This document shows, piece after piece, positions 16,584 to 27,707 of a DNA stretch of 42,139 nucleotides. The notes beneath the pieces were generated by a model that was not told the DNA's origin, ran no database searches, and saw only the letters and a list, made by a program, of their open reading frames with translations. The stretch lies in NCBI GenBank assembly GCA_963847705.1, contig CAWKBC010000016.1, positions 1-42,139 of the forward strand, in the 5' to 3' direction. Origin of the DNA: an uncultured Pseudomonadota bacterium (GTDB lineage Bacteria > Myxococcota_A > Polyangia > Fen-1088). How positions within the stretch are numbered: position 1 is the first letter of the stretch; every line of letters begins with the position of its first letter. The position numbers and the translations under genes are program-made.

Positions 16584-17341
16584 ACGGCATCGGATTTCGC
16601 ACCTTGCTGGCCAAGGAGACGCGCCGCTTTCTCAAGGTGCCGGGGCAGACGCTGGCGCAGCCGGTGGTGACCACCACCCTCTACTTCCTGGTGTTCGGCT
16701 TCGCGCTGGGCGGTCGGGTGCGCGAGGTCGACGGCGTCTCGTACATTCGTTTCATCATCCCGGGCCTGGTCCTGCTGACGCTGACCCAGAACGCCTTTCT
16801 CAACACCTCGTCGTCGATGTTCATCGCCAAGATGCAGGGGACGATCGTCGACCTGCTGATCGCGCCCCTGGGCGTCGCCGACCTGCTGGCCGCGTTCCTC
16901 TCGGCCGCCGTGCTGCGGGGCTTCCTGACCGGCGGCCTGGTCTGGCTGATCTCCGGCCTCTTCACCGGGTTCGGCGTGGCGCACCCGTTCTGGGTCCTGC
17001 TCTACATGCTGCTCATCGCCACCGCGTTCGCGGCGATCGGGCTGGCGGTGGCGATCTGGAGCGACAAGTTCGAGCAGCTCAACGTCGTGCCGACGTTCGT
17101 GCTCACCCCGCTCACCTTCCTGGGCGGCGTGTTTTACAGCGCGCGGATGCTGCCGAAGCCCTGGGACGCGATCACCCGGCTCAACCCCATCCTCTATATG
17201 GTGGAGGGGCTGCGCTTCGGCTTCCTCGGCACCTCGTCGAGCTCGCCCTATCTGGGCCTGGCCATCACCGGCGCGGTCGTTGCGGTCGCCACAACTTTGA
17301 CAACCTGGATGCTCGCCACCGGCTACAAACTGCGCAGCTGA
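16580..17341 (+). CDS. ABC-2 transporter permease (YadH-like)
   Basis: ATGA overlap with the ATPase; KETRRF, YIRFIIPGL, PLTFLGGVFYS, NPILYMVEGLRFGF, GYKLRS. Confidence 0.93.
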   Translation: MNGIGFRTLLAKETRRFLKVPGQTLAQPVVTTTLYFLVFGFALGGRVREVDGVSYIRFIIPGLVLLTLTQNAFLNTSSSMFIAKMQGTIVDLLIAPLGVADLLAAFLSAAVLRGFLTGGLVWLISGLFTGFGVAHPFWVLLYMLLIATAFAAIGLAVAIWSDKFEQLNVVPTFVLTPLTFLGGVFYSARMLPKPWDAITRLNPILYMVEGLRFGFLGTSSSSPYLGLAITGAVVAVATTLTTWMLATGYKLRS

Positions 17342-17369
17342 CCGGAATTCCGGGTTACCCTGAAGGCGG

Positions 17370-17996
17370 ATGCCGCTTGGCTGCAGGCTCGCCCCCCGGC
17401 AGATCGCGACCGCGGCGCTGTTGTTCGCGATGGCAAGCGGGCCGCGCGCCGATGCCGCCAGCAAACATGCCGCCGCGCCGCACGCCAAGTCGCGGGCCAG
17501 GGCGAAGCCCGTGGCCAAGGAGTGTCCGGCGCCCAAGGAAGAGGCGCCCATCCTGGTGGCGGGCGGGAAGGTGGCGATGTTCACCTTCACCGGCGACGAC
17601 GCCGAGGCGATCCGCCGGCAGGTGACCCATCTGCTCAAGTCGAAGGGAATGAAGGTCATGACCTCGCTGCGGCCGGTCGACAGCGCCGAGCAGTACCGCG
17701 AGATGTCCGTGGCGCTCAACCTGGTCGCATACGTCGATGGCGAGGTGACCATCGACGGCAATGACGGCAGCGCCACCATCTACGTGCGCAACGGCGCGAC
17801 CGGCATGCGCACCGCCTCGGCGACCGTCGCCGCCGAGCGGCACCAGCTGGCGGCAAGCCTCGGCAAGGAGCTGTGGGAGCGGCTCGGCCCCGCGCTCGGT
17901 CAAGCCTGCGCCGACGCCGCCAAGCCACGCAAAGCGGGTCGCGAGCCGATGCGCATCAACGCCGGCACGCCGCTCACGGCGGCCGACGACAATTAG
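17370..17996 (+). CDS. Secreted hypothetical protein
   Basis: Signal-peptide-like N-terminus, GC3-rich codon usage, globular alpha/beta-like core. Confidence 0.7.
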   Translation: MPLGCRLAPRQIATAALLFAMASGPRADAASKHAAAPHAKSRARAKPVAKECPAPKEEAPILVAGGKVAMFTFTGDDAEAIRRQVTHLLKSKGMKVMTSLRPVDSAEQYREMSVALNLVAYVDGEVTIDGNDGSATIYVRNGATGMRTASATVAAERHQLAASLGKELWERLGPALGQACADAAKPRKAGREPMRINAGTPLTAADDN

Positions 17997-18011
17997 ACGC
18001 GATCGACGAAC

Positions 18012-18536
18012 CTACTGGGGAGGCGGGTAACCGGCGGGCGGGGGATAACCGGCGGGCGGCGGGGGCGGGTAGCCGGCAGGCGGCGGGGGATAGCCGCCTG
18101 GCGGCGGGGGCGGGTAGCCTCCGCCTTGCTGCCCCGGCGGCGGCGGTGTCCAACCGTTGTTGTCGGCAGGCGGGGGTCCCGCTGGCTGCATCGCGAAGAC
18201 GTGCACCGGTTGGTACCCCATGACCCAGAGAAGCACCGGCCAAATGAAGATACCGACGACGAGGGCCACGGGGTCGAGCTGTTCGTTGCGGGCGATGATG
18301 GCATTGAACGGCTGGTATCCCGGATACTCCAACCGGATCTGGGTCGACGTACCGATGATGTTCGTGTCCGTCATGGTGTAGGGCGTATTTCCCATCGGCA
18401 CGCCATTGAGGAAGACCCGCGCGCCGGGAGGCTGGCTCTGCAGGACCGTCGAGCTCGCGCAACCGGAGGCGGCCACGGCCGCAATCAGCCAGGCGCCCGC
18501 GAAGAGCGGGCCAAGACGAAAACGCATCAAGCTCAT
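18012..18536 (-). CDS. PEGA-domain lipoprotein with Pro/Gly/Tyr-rich tail
   Basis: ASGC lipobox; SQPPGARVFLNG..MGNTPY; RLEYPGYQP; GYPPPP repeats. Confidence 0.85.
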   Translation of the reverse strand: MSLMRFRLGPLFAGAWLIAAVAASGCASSTVLQSQPPGARVFLNGVPMGNTPYTMTDTNIIGTSTQIRLEYPGYQPFNAIIARNEQLDPVALVVGIFIWPVLLWVMGYQPVHVFAMQPAGPPPADNNGWTPPPPGQQGGGYPPPPPGGYPPPPAGYPPPPPAGYPPPAGYPPPQ

Positions 18537-18584
18537 GCGTGAAACTTTATGCGCAGTCGCGGCGCGCGTAAAGCGACAGGCGTC

Positions 18585-20337
<1,753 letters not shown>

Positions 20338-20441
20338 GAGCCTGCCTGCCGCGAGGAATCCCCCCGCGCCTGTTAGATCTCCTGCCAATTGCGCCGCCGG
20401 GTCAAGCCCGGGGCGTCACAGAGGGGGCCGCGTGTCGCCTG

Positions 20442-20526
20442 GGCGAAGCGAGGCTTCGCCTCGCGGAGCCCGTCGGGGGAGGGTTTGGGAGGGGCGGGTG
20501 GGGGCCCCGCCCTCTCCCCTCCCATC
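20442..20526 (+). repeat. Palindromic (REP-like) element, intergenic copy
   Basis: GGCGAAGC-gag-GCTTCGCC hairpin, then GCGGAGCCCGTCGGGGGAGGGTTTGGG, then a second hairpin; homologous to the 81-bp units at 33162-33458. Confidence 0.75.
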
Positions 20527-22219
20527 TTAACTGCCGCCGCTGCAGCCGAGCACGCGGAGGATCTTGATCTTGGTGGCGCTGCTCCCGGGCGCGGGATAGG
20601 CGACGGAGCCGTCGGGGTACGTGCGGAAGTCCTGGTAGCGGCTGCCGAGCACGTTGGGCGACAGCATCAACGGCCCGGCCGACGTGGCCGATGATCCGGC
20701 CGGCGCGGCGCCCGTCGTGCTGTCGAGCACCTGGAGGTACATCTGGCGATTCTTGTCGTTCTGTGGAAGGTCGCCCGTGGTTGTCGACTCTTCCCAGGCG
20801 GCGAGCATCTGCCCCGTCCCGTATGCCGCCAGGTGCGGCGCCCGGTCGTTCTTGGTGTCGCTCACCAGCATCGAGATCCTTGTCGGGCGTGAGCGCGCTG
20901 GTGCTGGCGATGTGCAGGAGGTGCACGTCGGCCAGGCCGTTCGCGTTGGCCGTCTGCCCGGTGCGGATGTCGCTGGTGATGATCCAGTCCCCGCCGCCGC
21001 CCGCCGACAGGACGTTGCCCAGGTCCGAGTAGCTCAGATCGACCGGATAGATGGTCGACGTGTTCGGCGCCAGTGCGATCCGCCCCGACTTGGTGCCGGT
21101 CATCGCGTCGTTCTTGCACACCGGGATGAACTTCTTGGACGCCGTGTCGTAGACGACGCGCTCGTAGCCGCTGTGGCTGCAGCCGATGCCGAAGCCCGGC
21201 GTCTTCTGCAGCGCGCCGGCGCTGTTCACCACCTTCATCTGATCGCCCTGGTGAATGTTGATGCCGGTGGTGAGCGTGCTCGAGCCGACGCACGCCTGGC
21301 TGACCGAGATGGCGATGCCGTAGTAGCCCGCGTAGTTCGCGCCGTCGAAGGCGATCCGGCCGTTGTGCGCGTACTCCGACCAGACGAAGGTGATGTCGCC
21401 CGTCTGCGTGGTGCTGGTCATGTACGCCGGCTGCGTCGCACTGGTGTCGGTCAACTTGGTCGCCCAGGTCTCCGACACGCCGTCGAAGCGAACCATGTAC
21501 ATGTCGTAGCAGGAGGCGGCCGTCGGATAGTTGGCGACGAGCCCGCAGAGGTTGTTGATGTTGCCGCAGTTGTTCCCGGCGGTGGAGCCCATCGCGTTGC
21601 GGCTGACGAGCAGCGTGCCGCCGCTCGCGTCGGCGTAAATGTCCTGGAAGTCGTAACCGGGAAGCGTGAACGCCGAGCCGGCGACCACCTGATCGTTCGC
21701 GTCGAGCGTCACGATGTGGATCAGGCTGGCGCCCTTCTCGAGGAACGCCAGCCGCGAGCCGCCTCCCGGGATCGGCGAGATCGCCAGCACCGTCAACCCC
21801 AGCGCGGCGCCGTTGTTGTCGACCTCGTTGTAGGCGTAGCTCGCGCCGACGTCGATCTCGGTGATGCGCACCCGGTCCGACAGGGCTGACGAGCAGACGC
21901 CGCCGTCACCGCTCGAACCGTAGCCACCGTCGGGGATCGGGACGCCCGGTCCGCCGCCGGTGCTGCCGCCCGTGGTGGAGCTGCCGCCGGTGCCACCGCC
22001 CGTGGTGGAGCTGCCGCCGCTGCCGCCGCCGGTGGTGGAGCTGCCGCCGCTGCCGCTGCCGCCGCCCGTGGTGGAGCTGCCGCCGGTGCCGCTGCTGCCG
22101 CCGGTGGTGGAGCTGCCACCGCTGCCACCGCCCTGGCTCGAGGACGACCCGCAGCCGAACGACAACAGGCAGACAGCGACCGTCCAGGCGAGCGGCGCAG
22201 GGTTTCTGTGAGCGTTCAT
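20527..22219 (-). pseudogene. Gly/Ser/Thr-rich lipoprotein with beta-rich domain, frameshifted at about 20872
   Basis: ATG 22219 with GAGGTG RBS and LSFGC lipobox. Removing the base at 20872 joins ...TPDKDL to MLVSDTKNDRAPHLAAYG..., which ends at 20527. Confidence 0.8.
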
Positions 22220-22381
22220 GCGATTCACCTCGGCTGCTGGAAGTGACGGCCTGAGAGAGCTGTGGCTCACCTATCTTGGTAACGGTCCTGGTGACGGTCC
22301 TGGTGGGTCCTGGCAAGTCCAGCCGTGCGCAGATCGAATCCCTCGTTTTTTTGCGGCGCTGAGGCAGAATAGGCGGCGACA

Positions 22382-22600
22382 ATGCGACCGCGACCGAATC
22401 CCTTCGAAAAGCGTAAGAAAGAAATCGCTCGCAAGGAGCGCCAGAAGAAGAAAGCCGAACGCCGCGACGAGCGAGAGCGGGGGAAAGCCGACCGACCCGC
22501 GCTCGGTCCGGACGAAGATCCCGATATCGCCGGCATCGTCCCGGGGCCTCAGCCTCCTCCGGAAGGCGAGCCTGGCAGCGAGCCACCCGAAAGTACCTGA
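22382..22600 (+). CDS. Small basic-then-acidic hypothetical protein
   Basis: FEKRKKEIARKERQKKKAERR followed by DEDPDIAGIVPGPQP; composition of a real small protein. Confidence 0.8.
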   Translation: MRPRPNPFEKRKKEIARKERQKKKAERRDERERGKADRPALGPDEDPDIAGIVPGPQPPPEGEPGSEPPEST

Positions 22601-22643
22601 GGGTACCTGGAAGCAGGTAGAAGGTACGTAGAAGGCACGTGAT

Positions 22644-22740
22644 CGAAGGGGAGTAAGCTCAGCGCAGTGAACGCACGCGCGCCGGACCCGCATGCGGCTG
22701 ACGCGCTTTCGGGCCGACCGGACCCTCTCGGCAGGCTCGT
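22644..22740 (+). ncRNA. Candidate structured RNA, loosely yybP-ykoY-like
   Basis: CGAAGGG can pair with CCCTCTCG, enclosing GGAGTAAG...GGACC, with internal hairpins. Confidence 0.3.
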
Positions 22741-22847
22741 TTCATGGTGGTGATCGGACGGTGGACTTCCCGCGGAGCGGCGTGCCGGGCGGCGGCCGTG
22801 CCCGCCGCCGGTGGGCCTCGCGTGCGGGACCCTCGCCGGGTCTCGAA

Positions 22848-24185
22848 TCAGTAAAACAAGATCGGCCACCAGTTCTTCATCGGGGTTCCGTCGGTGGCCT
22901 TGGCCTGGTTCTGGAAGCCCGGCATGCTCTGACGCCAGTAGATCTGCCAGCCGGCGGGGCAGCGCGAGCTCCCGGTGTACATCTCATCGTAACCGGCCAC
23001 GACGCTCGCCGAATAGGGGCGGTAGACGTCACCGCCGTTCGGACCGCCGCCGAGACCGAAGGTCTCACAGCGCGAATTGACGGGCGTGCTGTTCATGAAG
23101 TCGTCGGCTTGGGTGGCGTTGGAGGGGTAGAGCGAGGTCCCGCAGCCCTGGTCGAAGGGATTGAAGTCGAACGTCGGTGCGTCTCCCGACGTGCTGGTCG
23201 CCTCCATCGGATTCGGGTAGCTCACGCAGGGCGTGCTGCCGCACAGCTCGCTCCATTTGTCGAAGCTGACGTCGAAGCGCGTCCGGAAGTCCTGATTGAG
23301 AAATGCGTTGGCGTCGACGGCCAGGCTCTCCGGCAGCGCCGCCCACATCCCCTCGATCCCCCACCCGCGCACCTGGACGTCGCAACCGACCCCCGCGCCC
23401 GGATCGAGGTGCGCCAGCCGGACGGTGACGCTGCAGGGGAAGTTGCACCCCTGCGAGCTGGAGCTCTCGCCGACGCAGGTGCTGAAGTCATTGGAGATCG
23501 CCTGGCCGCTGGCGTCGTACCCCTGCTTCTGCTCCTCGTAGAGCGGCGCGCGGGGAAGGTTTTGCGCCGGATCGCCACCATCCTGAATCCAGACCTCGTT
23601 GATGATCCCCTTCTCGAAGAGCTGGCACAGCGACAGGTAGCTGCCGCTCTGGGCCGGGTCGGGGTAGTCGTAGAGCGGCGGGAAGGTCGCGCTGCTGAAC
23701 AGCGCCGTCGTGTCGAAATCGCCCGTCGAGGTGAGCGGGAGCTTCGCGCTGACCGTCATCGGCGTCGACGAGTCGGTCAGATCGACGACCTTGGCGATCT
23801 GATAGTTGAGAAACGCCGGCGCCGCCGAATCGGAGTAGCCGTGGTACATCGAGCCCACGGACAGCTGCGCCGCGACGTCCTCGGCGTACTGCTTCGTCTG
23901 CGCCGTGGACTGGCCATTGTCGAAGTTGAGGACCAGCACCTGAGGCTTCATCGAGGTGATCACCTGGTTGTGCGTGACCAACCAGGGATCGGAGTTCGCG
24001 GTGTGATTCGGGGTGAGACCCGTCGTCGGCCAGGGGGTCGGCGCGCAGTCGGGATCGGTCGACTGCAGCGTACAGTCCGTGGCCCCACCGATGGGCGTGA
24101 CGGCGTCGACGACGCGCGTGCACCCGAGCCCCGCGAGCGTCTCGACCAGGATCGCGGCCAAGACGACGGCCCGCGACCCCCTCAC
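22848..24185 (-). CDS. Lipoprotein of unknown function, last gene of the ECF cluster
   Basis: LAGLGC lipobox; paired cysteines; GWQIYWRQSMPG and KNWWPILFY C-terminus; GTGA overlap with the upstream gene. Confidence 0.85.
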   Translation of the reverse strand: MRGSRAVVLAAILVETLAGLGCTRVVDAVTPIGGATDCTLQSTDPDCAPTPWPTTGLTPNHTANSDPWLVTHNQVITSMKPQVLVLNFDNGQSTAQTKQYAEDVAAQLSVGSMYHGYSDSAAPAFLNYQIAKVVDLTDSSTPMTVSAKLPLTSTGDFDTTALFSSATFPPLYDYPDPAQSGSYLSLCQLFEKGIINEVWIQDGGDPAQNLPRAPLYEEQKQGYDASGQAISNDFSTCVGESSSSQGCNFPCSVTVRLAHLDPGAGVGCDVQVRGWGIEGMWAALPESLAVDANAFLNQDFRTRFDVSFDKWSELCGSTPCVSYPNPMEATSTSGDAPTFDFNPFDQGCGTSLYPSNATQADDFMNSTPVNSRCETFGLGGGPNGGDVYRPYSASVVAGYDEMYTGSSRCPAGWQIYWRQSMPGFQNQAKATDGTPMKNWWPILFY

Positions 24186-25396
24186 AGCTGCACCCCCAGC
24201 GCGCCGCCGATCCAGATGATGGGCCGTCCGGCCTGCACGACGCCGACCTCCGCGATGTGGACGTCCGTCGACGTCGCCGACATCAGGACCCGAGCGTCGA
24301 CGGTGACCGTCAGCCGTGAGAAGAGCACGGCCGCGCCGACCCCGCCGCCACCGACCGCCGACCAGACCCGTGTCGAGCTCCCCTCATAGCCGGTGTCGCC
24401 TGTTCCATCGATGGCGAGGCGTGCCGCGCCTGCGCTCACGCCGGCTGTCGTCTCGAAGTGACGTCCGAACGGCTGCCGCGCCGCCAGCTCGCCGAGCGCG
24501 AGCCCGTACGCCAGGCGGACCGATCCCTTCGACTGTTGGGTCAGCTCGGCAGACGAGCCGAACCCGGTCGCAATGAGGCGTGCCCCCACGTGTCCAGAAT
24601 AGGCGGCGAGGGCGAGCAGCGGCGCCCAGGTGCTGATGCTGCCGGCCCCGATCCAGCCGGCCCCGACGCCCAGATCGAGCCGACTTCCGAGCGCCCGCGC
24701 TTGACCCTCCTGGCTGCCGGACGACGGCGCCGCCACGATCTTGGCCGGCACAGATCCCCCGCCGTCGGTCACCTCCACGCGTGGCGGCGGAGGCGGCGCT
24801 GGTTCCGGGGGACCGGGCGTGGGCGGAGGCGCGGCCGGTTGGGGTGCCTGCTGGGCTATGGCTGGTTCTGCGTCGCGCGGAGCAGGCGGCGGGGCGGGAG
24901 GCGGCGACGGCGGCGCTGCGACGGGCGGCGCCGTCACCCAGACCTCCGCCAGCGTCGCCTTGAGGAGATCGACCGCCTTGACCGCCAGCACCGTCGCCCG
25001 CCGCTCCGGCGCGGCCACCGACAGCGGCAACGTCTGCACGACCGTTCGGCCCGAGACGCTGTCAGTCACCCAGATCTCGGCGACGCCCGCGCCAAAGAAG
25101 ATCCCGAACGCGGCGCGCGCGTCGGCCTTCCGCAGCGCGCGCTCGACCGTCGCCCGCCGGTCGACGTTGTTGGCGACGACGTCCGTCTCCACCTCGAACC
25201 GCGCCGCCCCGAGCTCGCCGCGCACCCGCGCCAGCGCCTCGTCGGCGACCGCGCCGGGAGCTTCGGGGACCACCAGCACCACCCGACGAGCCGATTCGGC
25301 CCGCGCGGTCAGGGTGAACATCAACGCCGCCAGCAGACCCCCAGCACCCGCCACGCGACGGCCTCGCGCGCGAAGCGCGGCGCGCGCCACCATCAT
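24182..25396 (-). CDS. Secreted protein with Pro-rich linker and probable C-terminal beta-barrel
   Basis: Signal peptide, Pro-rich middle, alternating Gly/hydrophobic strands ending GGALGVQL; overlaps both neighbours. Confidence 0.8.
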   Translation of the reverse strand: MMVARAALRARGRRVAGAGGLLAALMFTLTARAESARRVVLVVPEAPGAVADEALARVRGELGAARFEVETDVVANNVDRRATVERALRKADARAAFGIFFGAGVAEIWVTDSVSGRTVVQTLPLSVAAPERRATVLAVKAVDLLKATLAEVWVTAPPVAAPPSPPPAPPPAPRDAEPAIAQQAPQPAAPPPTPGPPEPAPPPPPRVEVTDGGGSVPAKIVAAPSSGSQEGQARALGSRLDLGVGAGWIGAGSISTWAPLLALAAYSGHVGARLIATGFGSSAELTQQSKGSVRLAYGLALGELAARQPFGRHFETTAGVSAGAARLAIDGTGDTGYEGSSTRVWSAVGGGGVGAAVLFSRLTVTVDARVLMSATSTDVHIAEVGVVQAGRPIIWIGGALGVQL

Positions 25397-26715
25397 TGCT
25401 TCAGTATGAGCCTGGCCGCGTCCGCGTACGAGCCCGAAGGGAACCGATGCAGATACTCTTCGGCATCGATCCCTGCCGACGAGGAGGCCCGCCGGCTCTC
25501 GATCAACATCTTGCGCCCCAGCGCCTGCGCCGCGTAGGTGCCGGCGGCGTCCTCGCGCAGGTAGCGCCCGTACCAGGAGAGGGCGCCCGAACGATCGCCG
25601 CCATCCTCGGCCAGAGTGCCCAGGAAGAATGACGCCTCCCGCCCCTCGGCGGTCTCCGGAAAACGCTCGCGCTCTGCGTTCAAGGCACGCCCGGCCAGCC
25701 GGCTGCGGCGCGTGTAGCGGGCCGCGTCCGCCAGCGCGGCCAGCTCCGCGTGCGAGCCGTGCGCCAGCACCGACTCGATCCCCCGCCGCTCGGCCGCCGC
25801 GACGACGGCCTCGAAGTCACCGCGCGCCATCCGGCGACTCCAGGACTTGATCACCGGGTGGGTGACGCGGCCGGGAATGTGCGATGGCGGCGTCACCTCG
25901 TCCTCTTGCTGGTCCGCGATTCCGGTCCCTTCGCCATGCGCCGCCACCGCCGGCGCGGCCGCGGGAGCGGGCGGCGGCTCCGGCGTCGCGGGCGTCTCGG
26001 CCGCGTCGGCGCGCTGGCTGTCGAGCAGGATCTTGTTGTCCTTCACCCGCGTCAGCAGGTGCTGGCCGTGGGTCATGGCGATGCCGTCGCCGATCAGCGG
26101 ACCGCTGACGCGCACGGAGCCCTTCTCCAGCCATACGTCGAAAGCCTCGCTGTCCCCCGACCACTGCACGTCGAAGATGGTGCCGGTGACCTGCACCACG
26201 TAAGGTCCGGCCGCCACCTGCCAGCGCGCGTGCAGCTTCGGCACGAAGAAGGTGTGCGCGCGGCCGTTCGAGAGCACGATCCGCGCCCCGATCGGCGTCA
26301 CGTCACTGACCTGCGCCCGCGCCTCCCGATCGAGCGCGATCTCCGACCCGTCGGAGAAGCGGATCCGCGTCCCGGTTCTTTCGGCGATGGCCGGACGAAT
26401 CTCACCCTTTTCGCCGACCGTCCCGTTGATCACCTCGAAGGTGAGCGGCCCGGGTCTGCGCACCGCGAACCAGGCCGCAGGCGCGGCCACCAGCAGCAGC
26501 GCCACGAACCCCAGCGCCGACACCGCCTGCCAGCGCAGACGGCCCCGACCCCGATTGGGCCGCTCCAATCGCCGCAGCCCGCTCTCGTCGGCCGGCCAGT
26601 TCTCTCGGGTGGCCTCGTCGCTCAGCGTCCCGCGCGTCAGCTCGACCAGCTTGCGCAACCCTTCGTCCTCCGGACTGCCCGCCCGGATCACCAGATCGTC
26701 TCGCGTCCCCGGCAT
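25393..26715 (-). CDS. FecR-domain anti-sigma protein with C-terminal TPR-like region
   Basis: TM helix, RFSDGSEIAL, VQVTGTIFDV, EKGSVRV, YLHRFPSGSYA. Confidence 0.88.
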   Translation of the reverse strand: MPGTRDDLVIRAGSPEDEGLRKLVELTRGTLSDEATRENWPADESGLRRLERPNRGRGRLRWQAVSALGFVALLLVAAPAAWFAVRRPGPLTFEVINGTVGEKGEIRPAIAERTGTRIRFSDGSEIALDREARAQVSDVTPIGARIVLSNGRAHTFFVPKLHARWQVAAGPYVVQVTGTIFDVQWSGDSEAFDVWLEKGSVRVSGPLIGDGIAMTHGQHLLTRVKDNKILLDSQRADAAETPATPEPPPAPAAAPAVAAHGEGTGIADQQEDEVTPPSHIPGRVTHPVIKSWSRRMARGDFEAVVAAAERRGIESVLAHGSHAELAALADAARYTRRSRLAGRALNAERERFPETAEGREASFFLGTLAEDGGDRSGALSWYGRYLREDAAGTYAAQALGRKMLIESRRASSSAGIDAEEYLHRFPSGSYADAARLILKQ

Positions 26716-26717
26716 CT

Positions 26718-27383
26718 CTACGCCTCGCCCTCGATACCACGCTCGAACATCGGCAGCAGCTCACCCAGTGCCGAATCGTTGCGCACCAAGACCGCCAGTC
26801 GCTTCCAGGTCCGTGCCAGCCGCCGCTTGGTGGTGGCCAGCGACAGGTCCAGCGCCACCGCCACCTCGCGCAGCTCCATCTCCTCGACGAAGCGCAGCGT
26901 GAAGGCCGTACGATCGACCGCGTTGACCCTGTCCAGAATCTTGAAGAAGCGCGCCAGCGCCTCGCGGGCCTCGGCGTTGGGCTGGAACGTCCGCAGGTCC
27001 AGCTTCTCGACCTGCCCCGGCAGGACCAGCCAGCGCCGCAACCAGCGCCAGCGCAGGTGGTGGCGGATCTTGAACGCGGTGATCGACATGATGAACGCGG
27101 TCAGCGTGCGCGGATCGCGCAGCGTCTTCACGCGATCGAAGAAGGTGATGAAGACCTCCTGCGAGAGGTCCTCGAGCTCGCTCTCTGGACCGAGCGTGCG
27201 CAGGAGGATCCGGCGCACCATCGGTCCGAACCGGCGCCAGGCCTCGCGCGTGGCGCGCGGATCGCCGTCGAGCAGCCCGCGCACGAGCGTGCTGTCGTCG
27301 GCGTCCGCCAGCGTGGCGCTCGGCAGATAACAGATCTGCGCGGTGCGGTCGATACGCGGCGCCTTCAACTGGTCCCGACTCAT
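26718..27383 (-). CDS. ECF RNA polymerase sigma factor
   Basis: EDLSQEVFITFF (region 2) and EMELREVAVALDLSLATTKRRLARTW (region 4). Confidence 0.92.
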   Translation of the reverse strand: MSRDQLKAPRIDRTAQICYLPSATLADADDSTLVRGLLDGDPRATREAWRRFGPMVRRILLRTLGPESELEDLSQEVFITFFDRVKTLRDPRTLTAFIMSITAFKIRHHLRWRWLRRWLVLPGQVEKLDLRTFQPNAEAREALARFFKILDRVNAVDRTAFTLRFVEEMELREVAVALDLSLATTKRRLARTWKRLAVLVRNDSALGELLPMFERGIEGEA

Positions 27384-27590
27384 GGATTGTACACTCCGGC
27401 GAACCCCCCCCGTGCGCCGACGACGGCACCGGCGGGGGATCCCAGGGGAAGTTCCACGGAAGCGGCCCGACGGCTCAGCGCAAAGCGGCGTCATGTCGGT
27501 GGCGGGCCCTCGTGTCGCGCCCATGAGAAAGGAAGGCGCATTGCGGCAAAGCCGCCCGGCAAGCCGACGCCCGGCCGGCGGTGAACCCGC

Positions 27591-27690
27591 GGGCCGGGCG
27601 TGGAAGGAGACGGAGGACCCTCGAAGATCTGGCAGGGGGTCCTCGAGATCCGGCGCGGGCGAGCATCGCCGGGCAAGCCCGGCGACGCTC
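27591..27690 (+). repeat. Palindromic intergenic element, distant relative of the REP-like family
   Basis: GAGGACCCT...GGGGTCCTC hairpin, then GAGATCCGGCGCGGGCGAGC, then a GAGCATCGCCGGGC-aa-GCCCGGCGACGCTC hairpin. Confidence 0.5.
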
Positions 27691-27707
27691 AGGCGACGGT
27701 CCCGGGC

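Noticed and set aside
22692-24389. Long alternative-frame ORFs (also 9179-10393, 9307-10416, 13454-14941, 25750-27330, 31778-34093, 39115-40626 and many others)
   Set aside because: They are Arg/Ala/Gly/Pro-rich shadows of well-supported genes, as expected in about 70% GC DNA.
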